NCBI GenBank assembly: GCA_964016885.1
Contig: OZ024747.1
Location: forward strand, 21,514,001-21,578,000
DNA: 64,000 bases
Reading direction: 5' to 3'
Source: Eledone cirrhosa
Taxonomy: Eukaryota
Part shown: positions 27,844 to 42,265 of the stretch, piece by piece
Layout: each line of letters begins with the position of its first letter
Position numbering within the stretch: the first letter of the stretch is position 1
The notes under the pieces: generated by a model
Database searches by the model: none
Seen by the model: the letters and a program-made list of their open reading frames with translations, nothing else
What the model was told of the DNA's origin: nothing
Translations under genes and position numbers: made by a program

Positions 27844-30800
27844 TGGTGTGGTGTGTGGTGTGGTATTGTGTAGTGTGGTGTGGTATTGTGGTGTGTGGTG
27901 TGGTAATTGTGTGGTGTGGTGTGGTGTGGTGTGTGGTGTGGTATTGTGTAGTGTAGTGTGGTAATTGTGTGGTGTGGTGTGGTGTGGTATTGTGTAATGT
28001 GGTGTGGTGTGGTGTGGTGTGGTATTGTGGTGTGTGGTGTGGTAATTGTGTGGTGTGGTGTGGTGTGGTATTGTGTAGTGTGGTGTGGTATTGTGGTGTG
28101 TGGTGTGGTAATTGTGTGGTGTGGTGTAGTGTGGTGTGGTGTGTGGTGTGGTATTGTGTAGTGTGGTGTGGTAATTGTGTGGTGTGGTGTGGTGTGGTAT
28201 TGTGTAATGTGGTGTGGTGTGGTGTGGTGTGGTATTGTGGTGTGTGGTGTGGTAATTGTGTGGTGTGGTGTGGTGTGGTATTGTGTAGTGTGGTGTGGTG
28301 TGGTGTGGTATTGTGTAGTGTGGTGTAGTGTGTGGTGTGGTATTGTGTAGTGTGGTGTGGTATTGTGGTGTGTGGTGTGGTAATTGTCTGGTGTGGTGTG
28401 GTGTGGTATTGTGTAGTGTGGTGTGGTATTGTGGTGTGTGGTGTGGTGTGGTGTGGTATTGTGTAGTGTGGTGTGGTGTGTGGTGTGGTATTGTGTAGTG
28501 TAGTGTGGTAATTGTGTGGTGTGGTGTGGTGTGGTATTGTGTAATGTGGTGTGGTGTGGTGTGGTGTGGTATTGTGGTGTGTGGTGTGGTAATTGTGTGG
28601 TGTGGTGTGGTGTGGTATTGTGTAGTGTGGTGTGGTATTGTGGTGTGTGGTGTGGTAATTGTGTGGTGTGGTGTAGTGTGGTGTGGTGTGTGGTGTGGTA
28701 TTGTGTAGTGTGGTGTGGTAATTGTGTGGTGTGGTGTGGTGTGGTATTGTGTAATGTGGTGTGGTGTGGTGTGGTGTGGTATTGTGGTGTGTGGTGTGGT
28801 AATTGTGTGGTGTGGTGTGGTGTGGTATTGTGTAGTGTGGTGTGGTGTGGTGTGGTATTGTGTAGTGTGGTGTAGTGTGTGGTGTGGTATTGTGTAGTGT
28901 GGTGTGGTATTGTGGTGTGTGGTGTGGTAATTGTCTGGTGTGGTGTGGTGTGGTATTGTGTAGTGTGGTGTGGTATTGTGGTGTGTGGTGTGGTGTGGTG
29001 TGGTATTGTGTAGTGTGGTGTGGTGTGTGGTGTGGTATTGTGTAGTGTGGTGTGGTATTGTGGTGTGTGGTGTGGTAATTGTGTGGTGTGGTGTGGTATT
29101 GTGTAGTGTGGTGTGGTGTGTGGTGTGGTATTGTGTAGTGTGGTGTGGTATTGTGGTGTGTGGTGTGGTGTGGTGTGGTATTGTGTAGTGTGGTGTGGTG
29201 TGTGGTGTGGTATTGTGTAGTGTGGTGTGGTATTGTGTGGTGTGGTGTGGTGTGGTATTGTGTAGTGTGGTGTGGTGTGTGGTGTGGTATTGTGTAGTGT
29301 GGTGTGGTATTGTGGTGTGTGGTGTGGTAATTGTGTGGTGTGGTGTGGTGTGGTATTGTGTAGTGTGGTGTGGTGTGTGGTGTGGTATTGTGTAGTGTGG
29401 TGTGGTATTGTGGTGTGTGGTGTGGTAATTGTGTGGTGTGGTGTGGTGTGGTATTGTGTAGTGTGGTGTGGTGTGTGGTGTGGTATTGTGTAGTGTGGTG
29501 TGGTATTGTGTGGTGTGGTGTGGTGTGGTATTGTGTAGTGTGGTGTGGTATTGTGGTGTGTGGTGTGGTATTGTGTAGTGTGGTGTGGTGTGGTGTGGTA
29601 TTGTGGTGTGTGGTGTGGTAATTGTGTGGTGTGGTATTGTGTAGTGTGGTGTGGTGTGGTGTGGTATTGTGTAGTGTGGTGTGGTGTGGTATTGTGGTGT
29701 GTGGTGTGGTGTGGTGTGGTATTGTGTAGTGTGGTGTGGTGTGGTATTGTGGTGTGTGGTGTGGTAATTGTGTGGTGTGGTGTGGTATTCTGTAGTGTGG
29801 TGTGGTATTGTGGTGTGTGGTGTGGTGTGGTATTGTGTAGTGTGGTGTGGTGTGGTATTGTGTAGTGTGGTGTGGTGTGGTATTGTGTAGTGTGGTGTGG
29901 TAATTGTGTGGTGTGGTGTGGTGTGGTATTGTGGTGCGTGGTGTGGTAATTGTGTGGTGTGGTGTGGTAATTGTGTGGTGTGGTGTGGTGTGTGGTGTGG
30001 TATTGTGTAGTGTGGTGTGGTATTGTGTAGTGTGGTGTGGTGTGGTATTGTGGTGTGTGGTGTGGTGTGGTATTGTGTAGTGTGGTGTGGTGTGTGGTGT
30101 GGTGTGGTATTGTGTAGTGTGGTGTGGTGTGGTATTGTGTAGTGTGGTGTGGTAATTGTGTGGTGTGGTGTGGTGTGTGGTGTGGTATTGTGTAGTGTGG
30201 TGTGGTGTGGTATTGTGTAGTGTGGTGTGGTGTGGTATTGTGGTGTGTGGTGTGGTGTGGTATTGTGTAGTGTGGTGTGGTGTGGTGTGGTATTGTGTAG
30301 TGTGGTGTAGTGTGGTGTGGTAATTGTGTGGTGTGGTGTGGTGTGTGGTGTGGTATTGTGTAGTGTGGTGTGGTGTGGTATTGTGTAGTGTGGTGTGGTA
30401 ATTATGTGGTGTGGTGTGGTATTGTGTAGTGTGGTGTGGTAATTGTGTGGTGTGGTGTGGTATTGTGGTGCGTGGTGTGGTATTGTGTAGTGTGGTGTGG
30501 TGTGGTATTGTGTAGTGTGGTGTGGTATTGTGGTGTGTGGTGTGGTATTGTGTAATGTGGTGTGGTGTGGTATTGTGGTGTGTGGTGTGGTAATTGTGTG
30601 GTGTGGTGTGGTGTGGTATGGTGTAGTGTGGTGTGGTATTGTGGTGTGTGGTGTGGTATTGTGGTGTGTGGTGTGGTGTGGTATTGTGGTGTGTGGTGTG
30701 GTAATTGTGTGGTGTGGTGTGGTGTGGTGTAGTGTGGTGTGGTAATTGTGTGGTGTGGTGTGGTGTGGTACTGTGTAGTGTGGTGTGGTATTGTGGTGTG

Positions 30801-31370
30801 TGGTGTGGTATTGTGTAATGTGGTGTGGTGTGGTATTGTGGTGTGTGGTGTGGTAATTGTGTGGTGTGGTGTGGTGTGGTGTGGTGTAGTGTGGTGTGGT
30901 ATTGTGGTGTGTGGTGAGGTATTGTGGTGTGTGGTGTGGTGTAGTGTGGTGTGGTAATTGTGTGGTGTGGTGTGGTGTGGTATGGTGTAGTGTGGTGTGG
31001 TATTGTGTTGTGTGGTGTGGTATTGTGGTGCGTGGTGTGGTGTTGTGTAATGTGGTGTGGTGTGGTATTGTGTGGTGTAGTGTGGTATGGTGTGATGTGG
31101 TGTTGTGTGGTGTGGTATTGTGTGGTGTGGTATTGTGTAGTGTGATGTTGTGTGGTATTGTGTGGTGTGGTGTTGTGTGGTATTGTGTGGTGTGGTGTTG
31201 TGTGGTGTGGTATTGTGTGGTGTGGTGTAGTATGGTACTGTACAGTATGGTGTGGTGTGGTATTGTATGGTGTGGTATTGTGTGGTGTGGTGTTGTGTGG
31301 TGTGGTGTAGTATGGTACTGTACAGTATGGTGTGGTGTGGTATTGTGTGGTGTGGTGGTGTGGTGTTGGG
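27844..31370. repeat. (GTGTG)n pentamer-based satellite, 3.5 kb, with higher-order structure
   Basis: GTGTG units with recurring GTATT, GTAATT and GTAGT variants. Confidence 0.95.
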
Positions 31371-31985
31371 TGTCATGGCCCCTATTTTAAAGAGACACCA
31401 CAGTTTGTTAACATGAATCTGACTGCTTCATTGATCAAATTAAGTAGAAAAACCTTACTTGGTTGAACTATTTGAAGTATAAGAAGTAAATGCATGAGAG
31501 ACCCTGAGTATATAACCTATATATATATGTGTGTGTGTGTGTCTGTGTGTGTGTGTACATATACGCGCATATATATATATAGATACATGTATAATTATAT
31601 ATATATATATATGTGTGTGTGTACATACACACGCATATATATACATACATACATGTATAATTATATATATATGTGTGTGTGTGTACATATACACGCATAA
31701 ATATATATATATACATACATACATACAGGTATAATTATATATATATATATATGTGTGAGTGTGTATATATATATATATATATGTGTGTATATATATATAT
31801 ATGTGTGCATATATCTATATATGTGTGTATATACATATATATATATATATATGTCTATATATATATGTATATACACATATATATATATGTCTATATATAT
31901 ATGTATATACATATATATATATGTGTATATACATATATATATGTCTATATATATATATATGTATAAATATATATATATATATACG

Positions 31986-32016
<31 letters not shown>

Positions 32017-32081
32017 TTATGTATATACATATATATATGTCTATCTATATATATATATGTATAAATATATATATATATATG

Positions 32082-32133
<52 letters not shown>

Positions 32134-32134
32134 C

Positions 32135-32184
<50 letters not shown>

Positions 32185-32449
32185 TTATGTATATACATAT
32201 ATATATATATGTGTGTGTGTGTATACGTATACACACACACTCTCACACATACACACACAGCAAGTACTCAAGTACACAAGGTTTGGTACTATCCTCCCTT
32301 CACTCTCTTAACATAGCTTCATTAAACCAACATTAAACAGTTCATTAAATTTACCTCATCTTCTCCCTTGACATTTATTTTCTATCAAATGTTAACAAGT
32401 CTTCACTTTCAACAAGAAGACACTGCCCCCTCCTGGTGCCACGACTGTT

Positions 32450-33522
32450 GGTAGGGGTGGTGCTGATGGTGTTGTTGATGCTGGTGGTAGTGGTTGTGGT
32501 GGTGGTGGTGGTGGTGGTGGTGTTGTAGTGGTGGTGGTGGTGGTGGTGGTTGTATTGGTGGTGGTAGTGGTTGTGATGGTGGTGGTGTTGTTGTTGTAGT
32601 GGTGGAGGTAGTTGTGGTGGTGTGGTGTTGTTGTTGTTGGCGGTGGTAGTGGTTGTGATGGTGGTGGTGGTGTTGTAGTGGTGGTGGTGGTTGTATTGGT
32701 GGTGGTAGTGGTTGTGATGGTGGTGGTGTTGTTGTTGTAGTGGTGGAGGTAGTTGTGGTGGTGTGGTGTTGTTGTTGTTGGCGGTGGTAGTGGTTGTGAT
32801 GGTGGTGGTGTTGTTGTAGTGGTGGTGGTGGTGGTGGTGTTGTGGTGGTGTGGTGTTGTTGTTGATGTTGGTGGTAGTTGTTGTGATGATGGTGGTGGTG
32901 GTGTTGTAGTGGTGGAGGTGGTTGTTGTATTGGTGGTGGTAGTGGTTGTGATGGTGGTGGTGGTGGTGTTGTAGTGGTGGAGGTGGTGGTTGTATTGGTG
33001 GTGGTGTTGTTGGTGGTGGTGGTGGTGCTACTGTCGTTGTTGTTGATGGTGGTTGTGGTGGTATTGGTGGTGGTGGTTGTGGTGGTGGTGGTGGTGGTGG
33101 TGGTTGTGGTGGTGTGGTGTTGTTGTTGTTGGCGGTGGTAGTGGTTGTGATGGTGGTGGAGGTGTTGTTGTAGTGGTGGTGGAGGTGGTTGTATTGGTGG
33201 TGGTAGTGGTTGTGATGGTGGTGGTGTTGTTGTAGTGGTGGAGGTGGTTGTATTGGTGGTGGTGTTGTTGTAGTGGTGGTGGTGGTTGTATTGGTGGTGG
33301 TGGTGTTGGTGGTAGTGATGATGTTAGTGGTGGTGTTGGTGGTGTTGGTGATGGTGGTGGTTGTGGTGGTGGTGGTGCTTCTGTCGTTGTTGTTGATGGT
33401 GGTTGTGGTGGTATTGGTGGTGGTGGTGGTGGTTGTGGTGGTGGTGGTGCTTCTGTCGTTGTTGTTGATGGTGGTTGTGGTGGTATTGGTGGTGGTGGTG
33501 GTGGTGGTGGAGATGATGCTAC

Positions 33523-33580
<58 letters not shown>

Positions 33581-33918
33581 GGTAGTGGTGGTGGTCGTGA
33601 TGGTGGCAGTGACGGCAATGATGGTGGTGGTGGTGGTGGTGGTGGTGGTGGAGATGATGCTACTGTTGTTGTTGTGGTGGTGGTGGTGGGAATGCTGGTG
33701 TTACTGCTGTTGGTGGTGATGCTGTTACTGTTGGCAATGATGATGATGATGATGCTGTTGTCAGTGCTGCTGCTGCTGCTGTTGATGGCAGTACTGCTAC
33801 TATAAGTGCTGCTGCTGCTGCTGCTGCTGTTACCTAAGGGTGGGCTCTGGAGGTGTTTAATGATATAAATGTCAAATAAGTAGTTTAGACAATAAAATAT
33901 AACAATTCAATAAAATCT

Positions 33919-33950
<32 letters not shown>

Positions 33951-34088
33951 TCTCTCACACTCTCTCTCTTTCTCTCACACTCTCTTTCTCGCTTTCTTTC
34001 TTTCTCACTCTCTTTCTCTCTCAATCTCTCTCTTTCTCTCTCTCTCTCACACTCTTTCTCTCTCAATCTCTCTCTTTCTCTCTTTCTC

Positions 34089-34119
<31 letters not shown>

Positions 34120-34187
34120 CACTCTCTCTCTCAGTCTCTCTCACTCTCCCTCTCTCAGTCTATCTCTCTCACACTCCCTCTCTCTCA

Positions 34188-34231
<44 letters not shown>

Positions 34232-35520
34232 TTAATTTATTTTACTTTTATTTATATTGGTATTAATTCATTTGTTGTGTTCCTTGTTTTTTTCGATTGG
34301 TGATGGTGATGATGGTGGTGGTGGTGGTGGTGAGGAGGAGGAGGAGGAGGAGGAGGAGAATGGGGATGAGGTGGAGGAGAATGGGGATGAGGTGGAGGAG
34401 GATGGTGGTGATGATGGTGAGGAGAAGGAGGGTGATGGTGATGGTGGTGGTGGTGATGGTGGTGATGATGATGGTGGTCATATGATGAGGAGAAGGAGGA
34501 GGAGAAAGAGGAGGAGAATGGGGAGGAGGAGGGTGACGGTGATGGTGGTCATGATGATGAGGATAGTGGTGATGATGATGGTAATGATGATGGTAATGAT
34601 GATGGTGATAGATTTCTAAGTGCATTTCTAAATCTTTTCTTTCTTAAACACCACCCACACTATCAACTACAAAGTGTTCTAATTTATCTAAAACATACCT
34701 ACATCAGTTGCTAGACAGTTTCCAGGAACTTATTCCCCCACCACCACCATCACTACCATCTCCCCCACCACCACCACCACCTCAATCTCCACCATCTCTA
34801 CCCATCCCCCCACTCACACACAAACAATACCACCACCACCACCACCACCACCCATCCCCCCACTCACACATACACACAAACACTACCACCACCACCACCA
34901 CCTCTACCATCTCCACCCATCCCCCCACTCACACATACACACAAATACTACCACCACCACCACCACCTCTACCATCTCCACCCATCCCCCCACTCACACA
35001 TACCCACCACCACCACCACCCATCCCCCCCACTCACACATACACACAAACACTGCCACCACCACCACCAACTCCACCATCTCCACCCGTCCCCCCACTCA
35101 CACATACACACAAACACTACCACCACCACCACCACCACCCATCCCCCCCACTCATACATACACTACCACCACCACCACCACCATCACTACCAATACCACC
35201 ACTACCAAGTTCAACAGGTTTCTGGTAGTGTTGTTAGTGCTAGTGGTAGTGCTGGTGTGGGTGTTGGTAGTGGTAGTCTAGTGGTGGTACTGGTGCTAGT
35301 GTTGGCGCTGGTGGTGGTTGTGATAGTGGTGGTGAGTAGAGGTGCTGGTGATACTGGTGGTGGTGGTGGTGGGGTGATGTTGGGGTGATGTTGTTGTTGA
35401 TGTTGCTGGTGGTGCTGATAGTGGTGGCGGTGGCGGTGGTGGTGGCAGTGGTAGTGGTGGTGGTGGTGGTAGTGGTATGCTACTGATGGTAGTGGTGGTG
35501 GTGGTGGTGGTGGTAGTGCC
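32450..35520. repeat. Cluster of GGT/GTT, CT, GAG/GAT and CAC low-complexity arrays
   Basis: Direct inspection. Confidence 0.9.
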
Positions 35521-35918
35521 TCGGCCATCCTTCCCAGCATGCTTCTGTGGACCACTTCTGAGTTAAAGTCCTTATTAAACCAAGCTGCAGAGTATTACAT
35601 TATTTTGCTCTTTGTCAAGTACCTGTACAAATAATCTGTGGGCAATGCGTGAAATTACTGTAAATACTATTAATATATATACACCATCTAATGAAAAAGC
35701 TGGTGAAAACATTTATAGTTTTCTTTTAATTTTTATGGCGTTTTTGTATGTTTTTTTAATGTTTTTGTTTATGTATTTGTTTTTGTCTTGTTTTTTTTTT
35801 TGTTTTTTTTTTCATTTCTAATGATTTATTGCTAGATTGAATACCAGTGAGTTTTCTTAACATATTAAATGTTGGCAGCATTAAAAAGCTAATAGAAAAA
35901 TTTATTCAGTATGGATAA

Positions 35919-35950
<32 letters not shown>

Positions 35951-36036
35951 GAAAATATAGAAATTAATGTGAGCAAGAAGCCAACAGTATTTCATAATAT
36001 ATATATATGTGTGTGTGTATATATATATATATACAC

Positions 36037-36087
<51 letters not shown>

Positions 36088-36261
36088 TACTTATATATAT
36101 ATATATTAGTCAAAGACTAATATTATTTTCATTTTAGTTGAGAACGGAGGGTGGGAGTGACAAACTTCACTATACTCCTCCTCCCAAACACCCAAATAAA
36201 AGTGTCTGGCTAAATTAGAAATCAAAATTATTTTTATATTTCTGGAAAGCTACAGGAGACA

Positions 36262-36305
36262 ATTCCGGACATGTTTTGGTCTTATTCTGACCTCACCAGT
36301 GAATC
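36262..36305 (-). ncRNA. Decayed hammerhead ribozyme
   Basis: Minus strand CTGGTGA GGTC AGAATAA GACC AAAAC AT GTC: intact 4-bp stem II and GUC site, two core substitutions. Confidence 0.45.
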
Positions 36306-38275
36306 ATATCCTTGCTGAAGTAGTATTGAGAAAATCACTAAGTAAACATACAAGATTGTACACTCATTGGTGTTAAGGCAGTGAATTAACAGAATCACAC
36401 GAACATCAGATTGAATTCCATGTGGTATTCATTCTGGTTTACTGTGTTCTGAGTTCAAATACTGCCATGGTCAATAAAATAAAATATGTTTCAAGTATTC
36501 AAAGTGATTTCTTTTCTCACTTTTTCTTTCTATAAATAATTGTTTCTACTTTCGGCACAAGGCCAGCATTATCCCAGTGTATTACTGGTGCTTTATTTTA
36601 TCGACCCTGTAAGGATGAAAGGCAAAGTTAACCTCGGCGGGATTTGAACTCAGACCATAAAGGGCCGTAACTCATTGCTACAAAGCATGGCATCAGACTC
36701 TCTACCGATACTGCCAATCCACTGCCCTTCCACTGTCGTCAGACACTACCAAGTTTAGATCCCCAAGACATGTCAAATGTCACAATGGCTTACTTAGGTT
36801 TCTACCATGGATTGAGAGAAGAAAAGAAGGAAGAAAAGATTGGTCAGTGTAGGAAAATAAAATTGTTTCAGAATTAAATAATTTAATGAGGCTGTTCACA
36901 TGGAAAATAATAATTGACATTAGTGTTAGGTTATTTATTTCAAGAAGCTTCTTCTCTTCTTCTTCTTCTTGACCCACTTATTCCTGAGAGGGTTGTGGGG
37001 GGCAGAGTCCTCAAACACTCCTTCCAGCGGGTCCTGTCAGAAGCAACTATCTCCAATTGATCTGGCTGGATTCCTAGCGAGACTAGTTGAGCTCATGGAT
37101 GTTATCCAACAATCTTACTATTTTTAGAAAAATGGACGTAGTCCTAGATACACCATGTCTGAATAAAAGACAAGAGGATCATAGCTAGAACACCTTATGA
37201 TCATTAGGGGTTAAGTTGAACCTAAACAACAACATTATTATCATAATTGCTTAACATCCATTTTCCATGCTAGCAAGAGTTGGATGTGTCATCTCAGACT
37301 GGTCAGTACTCAAGCAGGACCTTTGATCTATAGGTGGGTTGTCGCCCGACATACAATCCCATGCTCGACCAAGTGCATTTTATCACAGTAGCAGCACTGG
37401 AAAAGTTGTTGTCTTTGACATAGCTGAAGAGTCCACCTAACCCTTTGTTTGCCAAGATTTCTATGGCTAGATGCCCTCCCTATCACCAAACACTCTACAG
37501 AATGTACTGGGTGCATTTATTACCAACAGTAAGAAAGTTCTCATGTCTATAACAACTGAAGTGTAATTGAAAATATTCTTTTTCTAACATAAAGATAAAG
37601 AATTGTTCATAAGATTATCATTTTCACACTATTAACCTGACAACTACTAAGATGAAAGACATTTTTAATATTTATACAATTACAATACATTTTGATAAAG
37701 TTTTGTTTTTCAGTTTTAAAGATAAATTTAATAGTCTGAAAATTATAATTATATTTAAAATAATTCATCTCTAACATTTAGGCATTTAATTACTGTGCTG
37801 TTGTGATTGTTGCTGTTATTGATGCCATAATTGGTGTTGTTGTTGGTGACATTTATGTTATGATTGTTGTTGTTTTTGACGACAGTGGTGGTGTTGTTGT
37901 TGGTGACGTTGATGTTGTGCTCATTGTTGTTTATAACATTGTTGCTGGTGTTGTTATGATTGCTGCTGTTGTGATCATTGTTATAGCTGATGATATTACT
38001 GTTGTTATGATTACTTCTGTTGTGATCATTGTTGAAACTATGATAGACACCTTTCCTATCACCGTGTATGTATGTTTGAAACTGCTCGTCTCCTATGGTC
38101 TTCTACTAGGTAGAGCAGATATGTTTATTGGTATTTATTACTACAGAAATAAGGGAGAACCATTCCAAATGAGTATTCAATACTAAATAGTAGAGAATGT
38201 TTATTCATTTGACATAACTGACCATATCTTCTCAAATTTTTTCATGAATCTTAGCAATCTCTGGACATTATGTGA

Positions 38276-38463
38276 CGGCGGTGGATTGGCAGTATCGGTA
38301 GAGGGTCGGACGCCATGCTTTCCAGCATAGTTACGTCCCTTTACGATCTGAGTTCAAATCCCGCCGAGGTTGACTTTGCCTTTCAGCCTTACAGGGTCGA
38401 TAAAATAAAGTACCAGTAATGTACTGGGTTATTGCTGGCCTTGTGCCTAAAGTAGAAACAATT
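38276..38463 (+). mobile_element. Full-length tRNA-derived Meta-like SINE (other copies ~6465-6635+, 8020-8165-, 12920-13075-, 21840-21980-, 26070-26190+, 36537-36728-, 38920-39135-, 57388-57572-, 59497-59725+, 59742-59932+, 60310-60505-)
   Basis: A-box region GGCAGTATCGGTAGAG, B-box GAGTTCAAATCCC, GCCTTTCA.CCTTACAGGGTCGATAAAATAAAGTACCAG body; TSD ATTATGTGA. Confidence 0.9.
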
Positions 38464-40064
38464 ATGTGATGGTAAAATGACGAAAGTAAAATTTAAAATG
38501 TATAACTACATTATGTAAAGTATGGAACCTAAAACTCAATTAATTTACCAATAAGGAAAAACTCCCCATTATCCATGGTGTTCTTCCTTTACAAAGCAGT
38601 AAGGTGTGTGATTTGACAACGATTTAAATATTTCTTAAGCATTATTAATAAACATTTATCCCATAAATCTACTATGATCATTAATTTTAAGCCTGGAAGG
38701 ATATCAAAGATATAATCAAGATTGTAGATACTTTTTATTGCAAATACTTCTATTATGGAAGATTTCTACTTTATCAAATATACTTTCATTCTCAAATATT
38801 TTTCTTCTTTCAATACAAATGTATATACAGAAGGGATGAATATTTTTGAAGTATCTTACTAATGCATGATGTTCTTTAAAGAGGGTTCATTTGGGGCCAT
38901 GAACACCCTAACTGTAATAACGATTTCTACTTTAGGCACAAGGCCAGCAATTTAGGGGAGGTGAAAGTTGATTAAATCGATCCCAGTGCATTACTGGTAC
39001 TTTATTTTATTGACCCTGTAAGGATGAAAGGCAAAGCTAACCTCGGCGGGATTTGAACTCAAAACATAAAGGTACTTAACACTATGCTGCGAAGCATGTT
39101 GTCTGACGCTCTACCGATTACTGCCAATCCACCACCCTAACTGTAATATGTGCTGAAGAGAAATAACAAAGGTGAAGACTGAAAGTATTTACAATCTCGA
39201 TTATATCTCTGATATCATTTTATAATTAATTTTCTGTGTGAATGCATACATTGTGTGTTTGTATGATTGTTTGATAGGAGGATTATGAATGTCAATGTAT
39301 TGTTAGTATATATGTGTGTGTATCTGTTGTCATATGATTTCATTATATATGTTTGTGCATGTCCTAATTGGATGTGTTTGTTTATATGTGTATGTGTTTG
39401 TCAGGTTTTGTGTGAGCCTGTATGTCAGTATTGTCTCTTTTAATAATAACTATGAATTACTTTAACTCCGTTGGTTTATATAACAAAAACAAAAGATAAA
39501 TTTTGTTCTAAGGATTACATTAAATGAAATATACTGCAAGATATTTTAGATAAAAGGATTTGTGGCAAAAAGAAGATTACTCAAAACAGTTTAACAATAC
39601 AATGGCCTATTCTTGTAAAAACTGAGGAATTCAAAAACAGAAATTCACATGTTCAGTTTTAGTATAATAGAAAATCATGTATATATATAAAATCATATAT
39701 ATATTTATATATGTGTGGGTGGATATGTGTGTGTGCACCAAAAAAGGTCGAAGAATTTTCAGTTATGTCAAGATCTCAACAACCTCTCTAGTGTTGGTGA
39801 CCTACACAATAAACACACCCAGTACACTCTGAAATGTGATTGATGATAGAAAGTATTCAGGTGTAGAAAACTTACCAAACAATGAATTAAGAGGACTCTT
39901 CAGTCCTACCATAGACATGACAACTTCCTTGTTGGTGATCTACATGATAAATACACCAAATACACTCTGTAAAGTAATTGGTGATAGGAAGGGCAACACA
40001 CATATGTGTGTGTATGTGTGTGTGTATGTGTGTGTCTGTGTGTGTCTGTGTGTCTGTGTATGTT

Positions 40065-40105
<41 letters not shown>

Positions 40106-40454
40106 GATAAAGACCCCTTCAGTCATAAATGACCATGGGATTTGCATCTGTAAAGTTCCCCTCTGAGGCACAAATCCGGGCAAGGTTGTTTGTGGAAGAC
40201 CAGCGGTCACCCATGAAACTGGTCTCCCCTCTCCACGCCACCGATGTTGTCCAAGGCAAAGGCAATGGCTGATACAGCTTGGCACCAGTGATGTCACCAC
40301 TCATTTCTACAGCTGAGTAAACTGGAGCAACGGGAAATGTAGTGGCTTGCTCAAGGACACAATGCATCGCCTGGTCTGAGATTCGAACCCACAACCTACC
40401 TCAGGATTGTAAACCCAACACTCTAACCACTAAGCCTTGCGCCTTCACACACAG

Positions 40455-40515
<61 letters not shown>

Positions 40516-41075
40516 CACGCACACAATTACACACAGCTTTTGTTATATTTTTTCATTTAGATTTGTTTCCAAAATCTTCTTCACAAGAGTCCCATATATT
40601 TCCTTTAGTATCTTTTTCTTTTACTTTTTTGTGTTTATATTTAATCAGCTTCTAGAATTTCATATATATATTTATAGTTCTAATCTCCCAGTCAACACCT
40701 TCAATAATAACTTCATCACATGGTATTTCATGAATTACCATCTGATTTGGCAGCCTGAGAGTGGCACATTTCTAATTCCAAACCTCCATGCCATATGTTT
40801 TCACTAAAAGACCCTGGAGCAGTTTCAGTTTGGTATAGGGAGTTTTAGTTTGAGATAACACAATAAAAGAAGAATAGAGATAAAAAGCTAAGCTAAGCTA
40901 ATGAGATGTTGAAGAGTTGGCCTAGAGTTCAACAACTTATATAGCTTCTCACTTATACCATGTTGAAACTATGGCCAAGAGATTTTACAAAATAAACTTG
41001 TCAACCTAGGTTTAACTGTACTATATGCATACACACACAGACACACATATATGTACATATATATACATATACATG

Positions 41076-41108
<33 letters not shown>

Positions 41109-41128
41109 ATATATGTATAGAAGAGATT

Positions 41129-41170
41129 CTACAGGACTAAAACTGTTTCATTCGTGAGAAATCATCAGGA
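41129..41170 (-). ncRNA. Hammerhead core, family C, stem I truncated by the inversion junction
   Basis: Minus strand TC CTGATGA T TTC TCAC GAA T GAAA CAG TTTTAGTC CTG TA / GA. Confidence 0.6.
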
Positions 41171-41251
41171 TACTCTGCTATGTATTGAGTACCTTACTCA
41201 CTGTGGTTACCTCCGATTCAACCCGGAATAACTTACCTATATATATATATA

Positions 41252-42265
41252 AATACGAGTTCTAACCATCCACTCTCTATAATTAAATCCATCCCTAGAA
41301 ATGTTTCTCTTAGGATCTCCCGCCTGTCGTCCAACCAACAAACCTTCAAAGAACATGCCAAGTATTATGATGATGCACTTAGGAAAGCCGGTCACCTAGA
41401 TAATATAGAGTATATAGTCAAAGATCACCAAAACACCCAAAATAAATCACATAGGAGTAGAAATAGCACAGAATCACCACCATACATAAACTACCGCAAT
41501 AGACACAATAATAGTCGCACACCACCAAACAGAAGGCGATGTAAGGAGTATATTTGGTACAACCCGGTCTATAACAACTCTATTAAAACCAATCTACCCT
41601 CAAAATTCTTTCGATTAGTTAAAAAACACATAAATATAATAAAATCTTAAACCCTAACACTATTCGACTTTCATATTCAACCGCCCCTAATATTGAACAA
41701 CATATAAAAAAGCTTAACGCAAAACGGTTGTATAAACGCCTTCCAACACATAACAATACACGTAAAACATTAGCTATAACATCACAAAACAACAAACAAC
41801 ATCCTGTCCTACATAAGCAACCTCATCAACCCATCCATGCCAATACAACAACGCAAAATTATAATTGCAACTGTGTCCAACCAGGAATGTGTCCGTTGAA
41901 CAATCAGTGTCTTGAACGCAACATCGTATACAAATGTACTATCGAATTGGATAGACAGAAGTGGTACTATGTGGGATCTACAGCCACCTCCTTCAAATCA
42001 CGCCTTTATAGACATCGTTACTCGATAAAACATGAAAACCAGCGTTATGTAACAACACTCGCAGACAAGGCTTGGCAGCTGCGTGAAAATAACCAACAAT
42101 TTCACCTATTTCCATGGACAGGAATTTTGTAAATTATGTAATGTAGAATTATTTTGTATTATGAAATCCAAAAACATTTTATTAAATAACAGAATAGAGC
42201 GATCGTTATACTGTAACCATCGCTTAAAATCTACATTTTCATATTATAAATACTACCAGGATTGA
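41252..42265 (+). pseudogene. Penelope-like retroelement ORF remnant: RT thumb, linker and GIY-YIG endonuclease (Naiad-like), frameshifted
   Basis: Translates SSNHPLSIIKSIPRNVSLRISRLSS...YYDDALRKAGH; IWYNP; NTIRLSYS; CNCVQPGMCPLNNQCLERNIVYKC...YYVGST..FKSRLYRH; CKLCNVE...LLNNR...CNHR. Confidence 0.88.

Noticed and set aside
38276-38365. tRNA gene
   Set aside because: A/B boxes belong to a multi-copy SINE head followed by SINE body and TSDs; no convincing cloverleaf
41860-42265. Selenocysteine-encoding Naiad (reported for some Naiad elements)
   Set aside because: The visible conserved cysteines are TGT/TGC, with no in-frame TGA at those positions
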